This document shows positions 8,718 through 18,476 of a DNA stretch of 64,000 bases, in pieces (positions within the stretch are counted from its first letter, which is position 1; each line of letters starts with the position of its first letter). This stretch comes from a virus (lineage: Duplodnaviria > Heunggongvirae > Uroviricota > Caudoviricetes), in the IMG/VR virus record IMGVR_UViG_3300023314_000004, positions 1 to 64,000 of that record, one strand, 5' to 3'. A model generated the notes under the pieces. It did no database searches, had not been told where the DNA came from, and was given only the letters and a program-made list of their open reading frames with translations. The position numbers and the translations under genes were made by a program.

Positions 8718-10635
8718 ACGTCATTCCTACATTAATAGAACAACCGATAGGTACATTAAGAGGAAATCTTTCATTTACTATTTCCATTGCTTTATTAATT
8801 TTAGCCCTATCTTCCTCTATTTGATCATTTTTAACATTTAAAAGATCTTCATCATGATATTGAAATGGAATTTTAAGTCCTAAATTCCTTTGTTCCATCA
8901 ACCACATATCAAACATAAAAACAGCACTTCCCTGATTTAATGTAGAAAACTTATCTTTATCGTTCCTAAGAGAATACCAGAATTTAGAAATAGGATTTTG
9001 CAACCATCTTGTACTATCCACTTCCTTAATAAGACATTCCATTTCCACTTTAAGAATGGCATCATTTCTTTCCCAATAGATTTTTAATAGTTTTTTAGCT
9101 ACTGAGAGAGGAATATTAGCATTTCTAGAGAGAGCTTCAGCTCCTACTTTATAAGTGGCTGAGAAATTAGTCACCTTACTTTTATTTCTAATCTCTTTAA
9201 GTCTTTTATATTCACTTTTCTGTTCAGCTGTAGGAATAAATTCTATCTCTTTCTTAGAAGCTAAATCTGTTTGTTGTTCGTACCATTTATACCAATCAGC
9301 TTCTTCTTTAGTTAAAAATCCTGCTAAAATACCTAGTTCCAAATGTGCATCATATCCTGGAGTATTCATATCTTCTACATACTTAGGATCATATTTATAG
9401 ATATAATGTCTCTTAGTACGATCTTCTATATTGGATAAATCGGCCCCCATAAGCACACATCCAGGTTTAGCTATAATACATCCCCTAATTTCCTTACCAT
9501 ATTTTTTATATACAGCAGGAAGGTTTTGTATCACTCTGTGCTTTAGTCTCAAAGTATTAGTAAGTCCTCCAGCTGAAGGATAGATGATTCCATCTTTCTG
9601 GTCTTTTAAAAATCCCTTTAATATGCTTATCCTATGAGCTAAAATACTCAGTCCATTTAATAGTTCTAATCTAGGCTCTTTTTCAAAAAGTTTTTTAATA
9701 CTAATACACACTTCTCCCTGTTCTGTTTTAGAAGCTACTTGAGGGATTTGTTTAGTAGTGTTTTTCTTCTTATCCCTGACATGTTTAATATGTTCCGGAA
9801 CCCAACCTAAACTATACAACCAAGCCTTAATTTGAGCATGACTACCACTATTAGGTTCTTTATAGCCTCTTATAGTTTCAATTTTATGCTTTTCTTTAAA
9901 TTCCCCTCCTCCATGCTTTAAGGCATCCTCATAGAATAAATCTCCTTTTTGTAATATTTGTCCTGCTGGAGTGATAATAACATTTTTATATGTCTTACTA
10001 CCTTTTACAGGAATTTTAGGCATCACTTCTTCTAATTGTTTAGTCTTATCTGCTTTTTCAGTTTCCATCATTTCTAAAGAACTAGCAGCTCCTTCTACAT
10101 CTATTTGCAGTCCTTCAGCTTCTTGTTCTCTAATACAATCCATTTTAAAATGGAGATATTTAAGAAATTCTATCATAGCTTCCTCAGTGTCATAGATTTC
10201 CATTAGAAATTTCCTCTCTCTATTCCATAACATTGTATTTATCTTCACATCCTCTTCACATCTATGAACATATTCTTCCACTGTAAGAGCAGACCAATCC
10301 TTAACAACAGGTTTTTTAACACCAAATTGTTCTCCCCATTCCTCTAATCCATGAACATCTCGTTCTGGATAGAGATACCAAGAAATTGCTAAAGTGTCAA
10401 TTACAAATTTTGGACATTTGACACCTAAACATTGTTCTAAATAAGGAAAATCATATCTAACAATACTATGTCCAGCCCAAATAACATCCTCTTCTTCAAA
10501 CAATTTCTTAATTTCTTTATAATCTGTAACAGATTCAAATGTCTTAGTGTTAAGATCAAAGTATACAAGACAGTGTATATGATTTGTTTCCTTTAGAAAT
10601 CCTTTTGTTTCTATGTCAAATATTCTTACATTCAT
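8701..10635 (-). CDS. DNA polymerase, family A, with 3'-5' exonuclease domain
   Basis: 644 aa. Exo I motif FDIETKG. Pol motif A …GADLSNIEDR… (DYSQIELR-like). Motif B …KVTNFSATYKVGAEAL (K…NFGxxYG). Motif C …QYHDEDLL (HDE). Confidence 0.85.
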   Translation of the reverse strand: MNVRIFDIETKGFLKETNHIHCLVYFDLNTKTFESVTDYKEIKKLFEEEDVIWAGHSIVRYDFPYLEQCLGVKCPKFVIDTLAISWYLYPERDVHGLEEWGEQFGVKKPVVKDWSALTVEEYVHRCEEDVKINTMLWNRERKFLMEIYDTEEAMIEFLKYLHFKMDCIREQEAEGLQIDVEGAASSLEMMETEKADKTKQLEEVMPKIPVKGSKTYKNVIITPAGQILQKGDLFYEDALKHGGGEFKEKHKIETIRGYKEPNSGSHAQIKAWLYSLGWVPEHIKHVRDKKKNTTKQIPQVASKTEQGEVCISIKKLFEKEPRLELLNGLSILAHRISILKGFLKDQKDGIIYPSAGGLTNTLRLKHRVIQNLPAVYKKYGKEIRGCIIAKPGCVLMGADLSNIEDRTKRHYIYKYDPKYVEDMNTPGYDAHLELGILAGFLTKEEADWYKWYEQQTDLASKKEIEFIPTAEQKSEYKRLKEIRNKSKVTNFSATYKVGAEALSRNANIPLSVAKKLLKIYWERNDAILKVEMECLIKEVDSTRWLQNPISKFWYSLRNDKDKFSTLNQGSAVFMFDMWLMEQRNLGLKIPFQYHDEDLLNVKNDQIEEDRAKINKAMEIVNERFPLNVPIGCSINVGMTYAETH

Positions 10636-11063
10636 TTCTTAAATTTAAATATTAAACCATCTTTCGGAAACTTACTTTCTTTATCACATCTGCTATACAA
10701 AGTAGATATATCAATACCTGTTAAACCTGAAGCAACAGATAAGCTTCTAAAATTAGCAATTTTCTTGTCTAATAGATTATATAATTCAACCACCTTGCTA
10801 TTCCTATATTCTTCTAAATAAGGAGCACTAGATAACTTTATTTGTTTTAATAAAGCTTCTCTTCCACCTCTTCCTGCACAAACATAAGTTCCGTCTGGTA
10901 ATAGATGAAATTGTTTATATTCTTTTCCTTTTCTTTGAAAAGTAAGAGGTAGTTTGTTTGAATTATAGTATAAGTCTCTAATTTCTTGTTGACTTTCATA
11001 TGTTCTCAAATATTTTCCTTTAGAAGAATATTGAGTTACTTTTATTTTTGCTCTTCCTGCCAT
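10632..11063 (-). CDS. DNA-binding protein with two NUMOD1-like repeats (homing-endonuclease-associated DNA-binding module, no nuclease domain)
   Basis: 143 aa. Two repeats of the V-x-Q/L-Y-…-G-…-Y-S-…-E-…-G-…-F-K/x-F pattern (KVTQYSSKGKYLRTYESQQEI… and KVVELYNLLDKKIANFRSLSVASGLTGIDISTLY…GLIFKF), typical of DNA-binding modules of GIY-YIG/HNH homing endonucleases. Confidence 0.35.
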   Translation of the reverse strand: MAGRAKIKVTQYSSKGKYLRTYESQQEIRDLYYNSNKLPLTFQRKGKEYKQFHLLPDGTYVCAGRGGREALLKQIKLSSAPYLEEYRNSKVVELYNLLDKKIANFRSLSVASGLTGIDISTLYSRCDKESKFPKDGLIFKFKK

Positions 11064-12070
11064 TATAAATAATTTTTATCTTTTAATAATTGTTTAAAAC
11101 ATTCTTCCCCAAATTCCTCAATATAGCCAGCATTATCATTAACTCCATCACGAAGATAAGACTTCGGACAATTGAACCACGGAAGTTGGAATTCTTTACT
11201 CACGTTAATACTTGCCTGAGTGCCTTGAGGATCACTACCAAAATTTAATACTAAATTAGGACATATTTCTTTAAGATAGGGTATATTTTGAGACAAAATA
11301 ATATCATTCTCACTTTGAGTGGCTATAGAAGCTATTCCTTGTTTCATTGTACATAGAGCATCTTTATTACTTTTTACGATAAATAGTTGCTTAATGTCCT
11401 TATTTAAATACTTGTAAACATACCAAAGCTTAGTATTACTAACATTGGTTCTCCATTTATCTTTCTTATCTACTTCAGGTCCTAGTCTTAATATCTTTCT
11501 GAGTCCTGTGTCTTCCCCATGTTCATTTTTGTAAATATAGCCAAAAACTATTTCATTTAGTCCTATTTCTTGTATCTTTCTGTTAACAGCCCATTTCCGG
11601 ACAGCATAAATATCACCCTCTTTATTAACAAAATCCTCAGATAGTCCTATTTTATTCCAATATTTATGATGTTCCTTAGAAAAAGGCATGTCATTAAATT
11701 CATATATAATAGGTTCTTTTTCTATCTTTACATCATTAAATTCAGTGGTGTATATCCTGTCCTTAGCTGTTATATTAAAATCTTGTTTTATTTTCTCTAT
11801 GGCTTGAGGTAAGCTAAGGCCGTATAATTTCATTAAAAAATCCAATGCTGTTCCACTAGACATATCACCACCATAATCATTATAAACTATCCTACCATTA
11901 ATCTTTTTAAGTCTTACAGAAGGATTACTATCATTTCTCCAAGGAGCTGATATATTATGACTATAGCTAATTTCTCCTATTTCTTTCCTAAATATTTTCT
12001 CTCCTCCATCTGTAAGCTTCCATATATCTTTAATTGTAATATTTTCACTTCTGCTCATTTTTAAGATCAT
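11063..12070 (-). CDS. putative DNA primase (degenerate zinc-ribbon-like N-terminus plus Toprim-like region)
   Basis: 335 aa. …ISAPWRNDSNPSVRL…IVYNDYGGDMSSGTALDFLMKLYGL… parallels the CHC2 primase zinc-finger layout (CPFHxExTPSF…Y.CFGCG..GD.I.F) but with all Cys/His replaced. Sits next to the polymerase. Confidence 0.35.
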   Translation of the reverse strand: MILKMSRSENITIKDIWKLTDGGEKIFRKEIGEISYSHNISAPWRNDSNPSVRLKKINGRIVYNDYGGDMSSGTALDFLMKLYGLSLPQAIEKIKQDFNITAKDRIYTTEFNDVKIEKEPIIYEFNDMPFSKEHHKYWNKIGLSEDFVNKEGDIYAVRKWAVNRKIQEIGLNEIVFGYIYKNEHGEDTGLRKILRLGPEVDKKDKWRTNVSNTKLWYVYKYLNKDIKQLFIVKSNKDALCTMKQGIASIATQSENDIILSQNIPYLKEICPNLVLNFGSDPQGTQASINVSKEFQLPWFNCPKSYLRDGVNDNAGYIEEFGEECFKQLLKDKNYL

Positions 12071-12269
12071 TTAATTTATAATACATAGACCAAAGACCTA
12101 ATCTAAATATTCTAGCTTCATCTTTAGTAAATTTATTTAAATCTTCTGTCTCTTTTTCATATTCTTTAGCCCATTTTCTTAATTCCTCAGAAGGAGCTGA
12201 TATATCTTTTTTCATAAATAAAAAAGCCCTGAAGAAACTAATCTCCAGGGCATGAATTTTTAAATGTTA

Positions 12270-13034
12270 TTAATAATCTGTACTGTATGCTGTTATTTCA
12301 GCTTTTTCTTCTGTTTCTACAGGAGATTTAGCAAAATAATAGTCTAAGAATTCTGTTAACTGACCATCTAATTCATTAAGCTTTTGAGATGTTGCTTCAT
12401 CAATTTCCTCTCCTAAAGAATATACAGGAATAGTGAATTTTGAAGTGCCTTTCTTTTTAGCTTTGAATGTCTTAACTTCTACAAAATTTGAATAAAGTTT
12501 AGATTTGTTATTCTTTGTAAAACTAAACCAACCGTCATTTGCTTCATCAGGATCTTTAGCTTCCATATTAATAGCACCTGTTAATGCAGCACCACTTAAT
12601 TGAATGTTCTGTACTTCCCAATTTCCTTCATTTTCTACAGCAATATATACGGATTTAGTGTATTTACCACCTCTAGCTGTAAGAGTGTCTTTGTTTAGTT
12701 TATATTCAGAAAGTTTAAAAGAAAGAATTTTACCTTCTTTATTTCTAAAATTAACTACATGATTCTGATCTCTTACTTCATTGGACCAAACACCCTGCTT
12801 GTTCTTTTCATCATAACCTTTAAAAGTAGTGAGATCTAAATTTAAAATAGCAAATTTAAAAGGTAATTTTACATCTACTTTTTCCTCTGTTTCTTTGTTG
12901 TACCATTCAAATGCACCACCTTTCATTGTTTCTACTTCTTCACCATCAATAATTGTAGTTTTCTTAATTGTTTTCCATTTTAAAAACTTCTTTGCTGGAT
13001 TTTCTTGAATTTCTGCTGCTGTTGTTCTTGACAT
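12270..13034 (-). CDS. hypothetical protein (possible ssDNA-binding protein by position)
   Basis: 254 aa, mildly acidic C-terminus, located in the replication module. No diagnostic motif. Confidence 0.35.
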   Translation of the reverse strand: MSRTTAAEIQENPAKKFLKWKTIKKTTIIDGEEVETMKGGAFEWYNKETEEKVDVKLPFKFAILNLDLTTFKGYDEKNKQGVWSNEVRDQNHVVNFRNKEGKILSFKLSEYKLNKDTLTARGGKYTKSVYIAVENEGNWEVQNIQLSGAALTGAINMEAKDPDEANDGWFSFTKNNKSKLYSNFVEVKTFKAKKKGTSKFTIPVYSLGEEIDEATSQKLNELDGQLTEFLDYYFAKSPVETEEKAEITAYSTDY

Positions 13035-13112
13035 TTTTCTTTTAATTTAATTGTTTTTTAATGTATGTTTTGAGGTGTAAAGGTAAGTATTTTATTAATA
13101 CAAACCAAATTT

Positions 13113-13565
13113 TTATTCATATACTGTAATAGTTTTTTCTTTAGGAGCTACATTATAGCAACAATCATATCCAGAGAAATCTGTACCATGATATGAAGAA
13201 TAAAATCCTATCACTTTAATATATACGTCATGATCTTTAAAATACTTCACACTATGCCAATGATCTCCTTCCCCTTCTCCACCTACTTGTTCTATTTCTG
13301 TCCACTCAGGAATATTATTAGTCCTCATCCAGTCTCTTCTGGCAATATCCCATTTTGATGGAATATAGTCATAAGCTTTTTGCCATTCTTTGTAGCCAGG
13401 TTGTGCATAACCAGGATTAGGATTGTTTTTAATCCATTCTTCTTTTTCTACTTGAGATTTGTTAGCTTCCTCAGAAAAATCTGCATATGGAATTTCATCA
13501 TATGCAAAATCCTCAATATTAGGAATTTTTTCTTTTAATATTTCAATAATTTCTTCGTATTTCAT
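13113..13565 (-). CDS. hypothetical protein
   Basis: 150-aa ORF. Confidence 0.4.
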   Translation of the reverse strand: MKYEEIIEILKEKIPNIEDFAYDEIPYADFSEEANKSQVEKEEWIKNNPNPGYAQPGYKEWQKAYDYIPSKWDIARRDWMRTNNIPEWTEIEQVGGEGEGDHWHSVKYFKDHDVYIKVIGFYSSYHGTDFSGYDCCYNVAPKEKTITVYE

Positions 13566-13567
13566 AA

Positions 13568-13864
13568 TTAAATTGTTTCAAAATTAGTAACTTTTTGTTC
13601 TTTTGGCTTAACAAACTGAATAGCTGTTAAATTAGGACTTTCTCCATAACTATCTGTGCTATAATCAAATCTAATATAAAGGTCTAGTTCAGCATTAATT
13701 CTATATATTTCGTAATAATCATCACTCTCTCCCTGTACACCATCATTGTAAGAGCTATCACTCACTCCTCTATGTGTATATTGTTTTTCTATAAATGTTA
13801 AATTCCTGTCTCCTTTAGGGTAAGCGACATTCTTCAACAACTCGTTTATTTGCTTTAATTCCAT
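13568..13864 (-). CDS. hypothetical protein
   Basis: 98-aa ORF. 50-nt overlap with the upstream ORF, so the start is uncertain. Confidence 0.35.
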   Translation of the reverse strand: MELKQINELLKNVAYPKGDRNLTFIEKQYTHRGVSDSSYNDGVQGESDDYYEIYRINAELDLYIRFDYSTDSYGESPNLTAIQFVKPKEQKVTNFETI

Positions 13865-14573
13865 TTTCTATTGTTTTGTAGTAATTAAATTTTGGTTTAT
13901 GTAAATGTATGTAATTTTCCAATATAAATACAGCCTCCCATAAAGGAGCATGATTTATAATGAATTTCTTTAACATTCTGTTATAAGCATGTTGAAATCC
14001 TATATTTCTATATCTTTCCCATGCCATCACCATTACTTCTTCTGTAACTAAATTACACTTTTCTTCAAAGCTAAGGCTATTAAATTTATCTTCCCCTACT
14101 TCCACTTCTCCTATTAACACTTTGTTATAAGTGGGAAAAGGATTTAATAAAGTGTGTAACCAATCATGAGAATATCCAGATTTAAGAGCATTGTCAAAGA
14201 AATCTTCAGCTGTCATATCTAGATCACTTCTTTTATTAGGTTTATGTATTGTGTTCCAATAATCATAAAGTTCGTAAAATAGTTCTCTATTTAGCTCACA
14301 GCCTTTCTTTTTAAGGAATTGAATGTCAAATACATGCTTATCCCAATTTATATCCCAACCTATTACATGAGACATCTTAAGTGTATATAAAAGATTAGGG
14401 GAGACATATTTGTCATCCCCTAAATAATTCCATAATACATCATTTTCCAAATATTCTACTCCTTCTTCCTTAGTCCACATAGATTTAATATTAACTAAAT
14501 AATCTAAATCCTTAGGCTCTCTAGGAAAATCTGGATAATGGTGGCGCAAGGCCGTTGAACCTATGATATACAT
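13815..14573 (-). CDS. hypothetical protein, possible minimal nucleotidyltransferase fold
   Basis: 252 aa. N-terminal GSTALRHHYPDFPREPKDLDYLV resembles the GS…(D/E)hDh signature of pol-beta-superfamily nucleotidyltransferases. Weak. Confidence 0.3.
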   Translation of the reverse strand: MYIIGSTALRHHYPDFPREPKDLDYLVNIKSMWTKEEGVEYLENDVLWNYLGDDKYVSPNLLYTLKMSHVIGWDINWDKHVFDIQFLKKKGCELNRELFYELYDYWNTIHKPNKRSDLDMTAEDFFDNALKSGYSHDWLHTLLNPFPTYNKVLIGEVEVGEDKFNSLSFEEKCNLVTEEVMVMAWERYRNIGFQHAYNRMLKKFIINHAPLWEAVFILENYIHLHKPKFNYYKTIENGIKANKRVVEECRLP

Positions 14574-14579
14574 AATTCA

Positions 14580-15125
14580 TTATTTTACTGTGTATTTTAC
14601 TCCTCTAACAATTAACCAAGAAATAGTTCTTGTGTCAATTAACCTTTGAGAAGTGTTATAACTTTTGCTAGGATCTAACGGAATATCTAAATCGTAGACA
14701 TGAAGTCTACCGTATTCGTCTTGGTTGCCATAATGATAGCCTCTAAGTGTCCTAGGTTCTCCTTCCAGTCCTTTTTTAACTGCCTTCTTAAGCTTAGTGG
14801 CAAAATCTTTAGGTGTGCTATTTTCATAAGCATCAATAATTTCACTCACTACATCAGCTTCTTTCACTTGTTTATTGAAATTAACTGTTAATACAACTCC
14901 ACTACTCTTTAATAGTAGGTTAGCTGCATCTGTCTTGCTAATTTTCTCTTCCTTAGTGAATTGATCTCCACTATCTAAAAGTCCTTCAATATATCCTTTA
15001 TCTAACACTACATCAACTCCACTAGATGTCTTTAATTCTGCCTGATCTCCTTTAATTTTACTTACTGTATAAAAGGTTGTTTCACTTAATACATTTCCTA
15101 CTGCTAAATTGCTAAATTTTGTCAT
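14580..15125 (-). CDS. hypothetical protein
   Basis: 181-aa ORF. Confidence 0.45.
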   Translation of the reverse strand: MTKFSNLAVGNVLSETTFYTVSKIKGDQAELKTSSGVDVVLDKGYIEGLLDSGDQFTKEEKISKTDAANLLLKSSGVVLTVNFNKQVKEADVVSEIIDAYENSTPKDFATKLKKAVKKGLEGEPRTLRGYHYGNQDEYGRLHVYDLDIPLDPSKSYNTSQRLIDTRTISWLIVRGVKYTVK

Positions 15126-15150
15126 TTTTTATTTGTTTTTTAATTTTTAA

Positions 15151-15924
15151 TTATGCTAACGTTCCTACTTTTTTATAAAATCCTTTACTTACATCTTTTC
15201 CTTTTACTACACTAGCTGTATACATCATTGTTGCTCCTCTAGATTCAGTGAAAGCTCTAGCAAATCCTTGAGATGTATTATCCACTGCTAATGTATTTGT
15301 TTCTTCTAAAGATAAGTCTGCTTTAATTTTAGGCATATCAGCTTTAGTTGCTACAAATGTTATAGTGAAATTTTCTTTTTCTAATTTATTAATTAAATTT
15401 GCACATAATTTCTCAAATCCTGGAAAACCATTATCTCCCCCATCTGTGTACACTTTAATTAACACTTTACTGTCTTTACCTACAGCAGAATTCATACGAT
15501 TTAAAGTAGTATATACAGTATTATATAAAGGTGTGTCTCTACCATCAGCTCCATTAAAACTTACAGTTTTAGGAACTTCGGAAAGAAAATTAGGAGTAAT
15601 TACCTTATTTTTTTGTACAAACTCAACTAAAGTATAAGTGTAATTTACATCCTTATTTCCTCTTAAATCTTCCAAACTTGATCTAATACCAGCACAAGAA
15701 TTGGTATATTTACCTCCTTGCATACTACCTGAAGCATCTAAAATATCCACTACATGAATAGTAGGTTTAACTTTTGGTTTACTTCTATTTGTTACTACAG
15801 GGGGTTTAATAACTCCATTTAAGCTATTTAAGTAGTCTTGTGCTGTTTTAAATCCTGCTTTCTGTGCCAGCTTAAGTTTATAAGCTTGATTGGCTTTTTT
15901 AAATTGTTCTAATTGTTTTGACAT
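15151..15924 (-). CDS. von Willebrand factor A (VWA) domain protein
   Basis: 257 aa. MIDAS motif …HVVDILDASGSMQG… (DxSGSM), later T…DGGDN, consistent with a VWA fold. Confidence 0.55.
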   Translation of the reverse strand: MSKQLEQFKKANQAYKLKLAQKAGFKTAQDYLNSLNGVIKPPVVTNRSKPKVKPTIHVVDILDASGSMQGGKYTNSCAGIRSSLEDLRGNKDVNYTYTLVEFVQKNKVITPNFLSEVPKTVSFNGADGRDTPLYNTVYTTLNRMNSAVGKDSKVLIKVYTDGGDNGFPGFEKLCANLINKLEKENFTITFVATKADMPKIKADLSLEETNTLAVDNTSQGFARAFTESRGATMMYTASVVKGKDVSKGFYKKVGTLA

Positions 15925-16210
15925 ATTTCTATTAATTTATCTAATAAACGTTTAAAATTATCTTTTGCTAATTGTATAATACCTAATGTATCTTCCACTC
16001 CCTCAAAGGAAATGTCATATCTATCTATAAGATCCTGTCTTAGTTCTTCTGTTAATGTTTTCATTTAATTCTTTTTAAAATATGATTCATTTAATTTTCC
16101 TGTAAATATAGTGTAAAATGAGTTCATATTCATCCATTTTTCTTGTTTTTTATTTTCACAAATAAAATAGAGTTTAGATAACTCATGATACACTATATCT
16201 CCTTTAACTA

Positions 16211-16618
16211 TCATTTTAAGGATTTTTTAAATGCTTCACTACATTCTTTATGAGTGGCATAAGCTGTAAATTCAGGATAAAAATAATGCATATCGTGGGG
16301 CGTACCTTTAATTATATCATCATGGCAATGTTCACAAACTTTATTACTACGTGCTCCTGTTCCCACTCCTCTACATTCATAATAATCTTCTTCTTTTAAA
16401 TATTCATGCTTTCCCTTTAACTTTTCTGAATTTTCAATTGCTTTTTTGTGTATATCTGCTCCTTCAAATGTTTCTACTGATCCAGTACATGACTCTCCCC
16501 AACCTTCGTCCATATCTTCTTGATCTCTCTCAGCATCATCTTCTGTTAAGAACCAAGCAGGGTAGGCTGATCCATCTCCTCCATTTTGAATGGAATACCA
16601 AACTATTACCTTTTTCAT
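16211..16618 (-). CDS. hypothetical Cys/His-rich protein
   Basis: 135 aa with CxxC/H clusters (…CEHCHDD…). Confidence 0.4.
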   Translation of the reverse strand: MKKVIVWYSIQNGGDGSAYPAWFLTEDDAERDQEDMDEGWGESCTGSVETFEGADIHKKAIENSEKLKGKHEYLKEEDYYECRGVGTGARSNKVCEHCHDDIIKGTPHDMHYFYPEFTAYATHKECSEAFKKSLK

Positions 16619-16821
16619 TTTAATTGATTTAATACATTTATCACTTCATCTATAGCTTCTACAGGAATTTGCATTCTTAAATAAGTGGTAGTTGAATTTG
16701 TTCTAGGATTAATTGATTCTACATCAATAACATCTCCTACTTTAGTTAAACTCAAGCCTACCTGATTTGGCCATTTAGACATTGCTACTGATTGTACTTG
16801 TCTATTATATCTTATTTCCAT
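16615..16821 (-). CDS. hypothetical protein
   Basis: 68-aa ORF between two translationally coupled neighbours. Confidence 0.35.
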   Translation of the reverse strand: MEIRYNRQVQSVAMSKWPNQVGLSLTKVGDVIDVESINPRTNSTTTYLRMQIPVEAIDEVINVLNQLK

Positions 16822-18476
16822 AATTTTTCTCTAATTTCTGTTAATGTCTGTTGATTCTCAAATTTACCATCTTCATAAATAGTCTGTAATAGTCCCTGAT
16901 TTTCTTCTTCCACTGTACATTCTTGTTTTACAGACAAATCTTCATTTACACATATGAAGCCTTTTAAAGATTTTTTAGTTCCATCTCCTGTAACAGGATC
17001 TTTATAGATGTTAAAGCCAGTTCTTATACCATCTTCTAAAGTTTCAAACCATGCTCCTTTAGCTGCATATCCGGCTGAATCTCTAGTGAGCATAATATAA
17101 GTATATGAACCTACTCCTAATACAATATTAGTAGAGGCAAATTCCTTAGCTGCTAGTCTTTCATACATTGCTATTTGTCTTTCAAGATTGATACTATCCC
17201 CATAAATAGCCCCGATGTGACTATCTAATCTTTTATAACCTTCTTTACTTTCATCTCCTCCAAATATGTCCCAAAGTAATTCTACTACACCTTTATGCCT
17301 AGGATGTAACACTACTTCACCATTAACAAGTTTTGCGTATGTATTCCCGCAAATTACAAAATCGTCACCTTCTCTAAGATGACTAGCTTTTACATCCATA
17401 GAGAGTTCTCCACAAATAATATCCACTGGATCACCTGTATCTGGACGTAATACTAATTTACCATCTCTAGCTAAAATTTCTTTTTTAAGTCTAGGAACAA
17501 TATATGTACAAGCTTTCCATGTATCAAAAGTATCACACACATAAGATAAGATACCTTTAGGAAATTTAATAAGCCAATCTCTAAGCATTAGCCATTCAGA
17601 AATAGCTAAATAATCAGGATTTTCCCTACTGCCGTCTGCCGGTAAATCAAATGAATAGTATTCTTCGATTTTATCATTTAGTAATCCAGCCTTAAGTTTA
17701 GCTTCATAATAGAAAATATTGGTGCAGCTTACACTATGTTCAGAAGCATTAACAGAATTAATACACACTTCATCCTCTGTTACATCGTAATAGTACCTAG
17801 CAGCGGATATTACATTTAAGCTATCACTACCTCTATTACTTAAAGCATGACCTAGACCTACTGCAATAGAACTAAAAGGATTACCACCTCTGCTATGAAA
17901 ATCATGGTTCATATAATCTGTAAGCCATAAATTTTCACTATCTGTCTTATTCACCCATTCTACACTATTCTTTTTAAATTGGTGTCCAATAGTAGCTGCT
18001 GTAGGCATTTGCCAAGCAAGTTTAGATATTAATGTTTCTAAAAACAACCCTAACCAAGCATATCCATCCACAGTATTAATACCTGTCATGTGAGGAATGT
18101 TAGGAGGAGTTAGTATTCCTTCAGGCAAAGCTTTAATTTTAATAGGGAGATAACCTAATTTATGTAAATCTACAAAATGTTGGGCATCATATTCCATTCC
18201 CAAGTATTTAGCCATATCCTCTCCAAATTTTTCTGCTACTTCTACAGATTGATCAAAAAACTCTTCTTGAAAAGAACTATGTAAATATCTAACAACTAAT
18301 TGTTGTCCTGCACTCATAATTTTAGTAATAGAAGGATGCATGAATTTTAAATTTCTAGGTATCCATGTCCAATATTCTTTTACAGTGGAAGGAGCTAACA
18401 TAGCTTTATGAGCAATTTTGTACCCGTCTACCTCATAAAGAGGATTGATTTTAAATGTTTTATTTAACTTTTCCAT
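16812..18476 (-). CDS. nicotinamide phosphoribosyltransferase-family enzyme (NAMPT/NadV-like; could equally be a NARP1 Namat-type enzyme)
   Basis: 554 aa. …LYEVDGYKIAHKAM… (TDSYKVTHY-like), …LVLRPDTGDPVDII… (RPDSGDP), …HIGAIYGDSI… (IQGDG). Size typical of phage NadV. Confidence 0.75.
   Translation of the reverse strand: MEKLNKTFKINPLYEVDGYKIAHKAMLAPSTVKEYWTWIPRNLKFMHPSITKIMSAGQQLVVRYLHSSFQEEFFDQSVEVAEKFGEDMAKYLGMEYDAQHFVDLHKLGYLPIKIKALPEGILTPPNIPHMTGINTVDGYAWLGLFLETLISKLAWQMPTAATIGHQFKKNSVEWVNKTDSENLWLTDYMNHDFHSRGGNPFSSIAVGLGHALSNRGSDSLNVISAARYYYDVTEDEVCINSVNASEHSVSCTNIFYYEAKLKAGLLNDKIEEYYSFDLPADGSRENPDYLAISEWLMLRDWLIKFPKGILSYVCDTFDTWKACTYIVPRLKKEILARDGKLVLRPDTGDPVDIICGELSMDVKASHLREGDDFVICGNTYAKLVNGEVVLHPRHKGVVELLWDIFGGDESKEGYKRLDSHIGAIYGDSINLERQIAMYERLAAKEFASTNIVLGVGSYTYIMLTRDSAGYAAKGAWFETLEDGIRTGFNIYKDPVTGDGTKKSLKGFICVNEDLSVKQECTVEEENQGLLQTIYEDGKFENQQTLTEIREKLWK

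Noticed and set aside
9155-10195. Plus-strand ORFs 9155..9400 and 9971..10195 inside the DNA polymerase gene
   Set aside because: Antisense to the polymerase. Ser/Leu-rich low-complexity products.
14700-16623. Plus-strand ORFs 14700..14891, 15365..15637 and 16351..16623
   Set aside because: Each lies antisense within a co-oriented minus-strand gene of the operon. Hydrophobic low-complexity translations.
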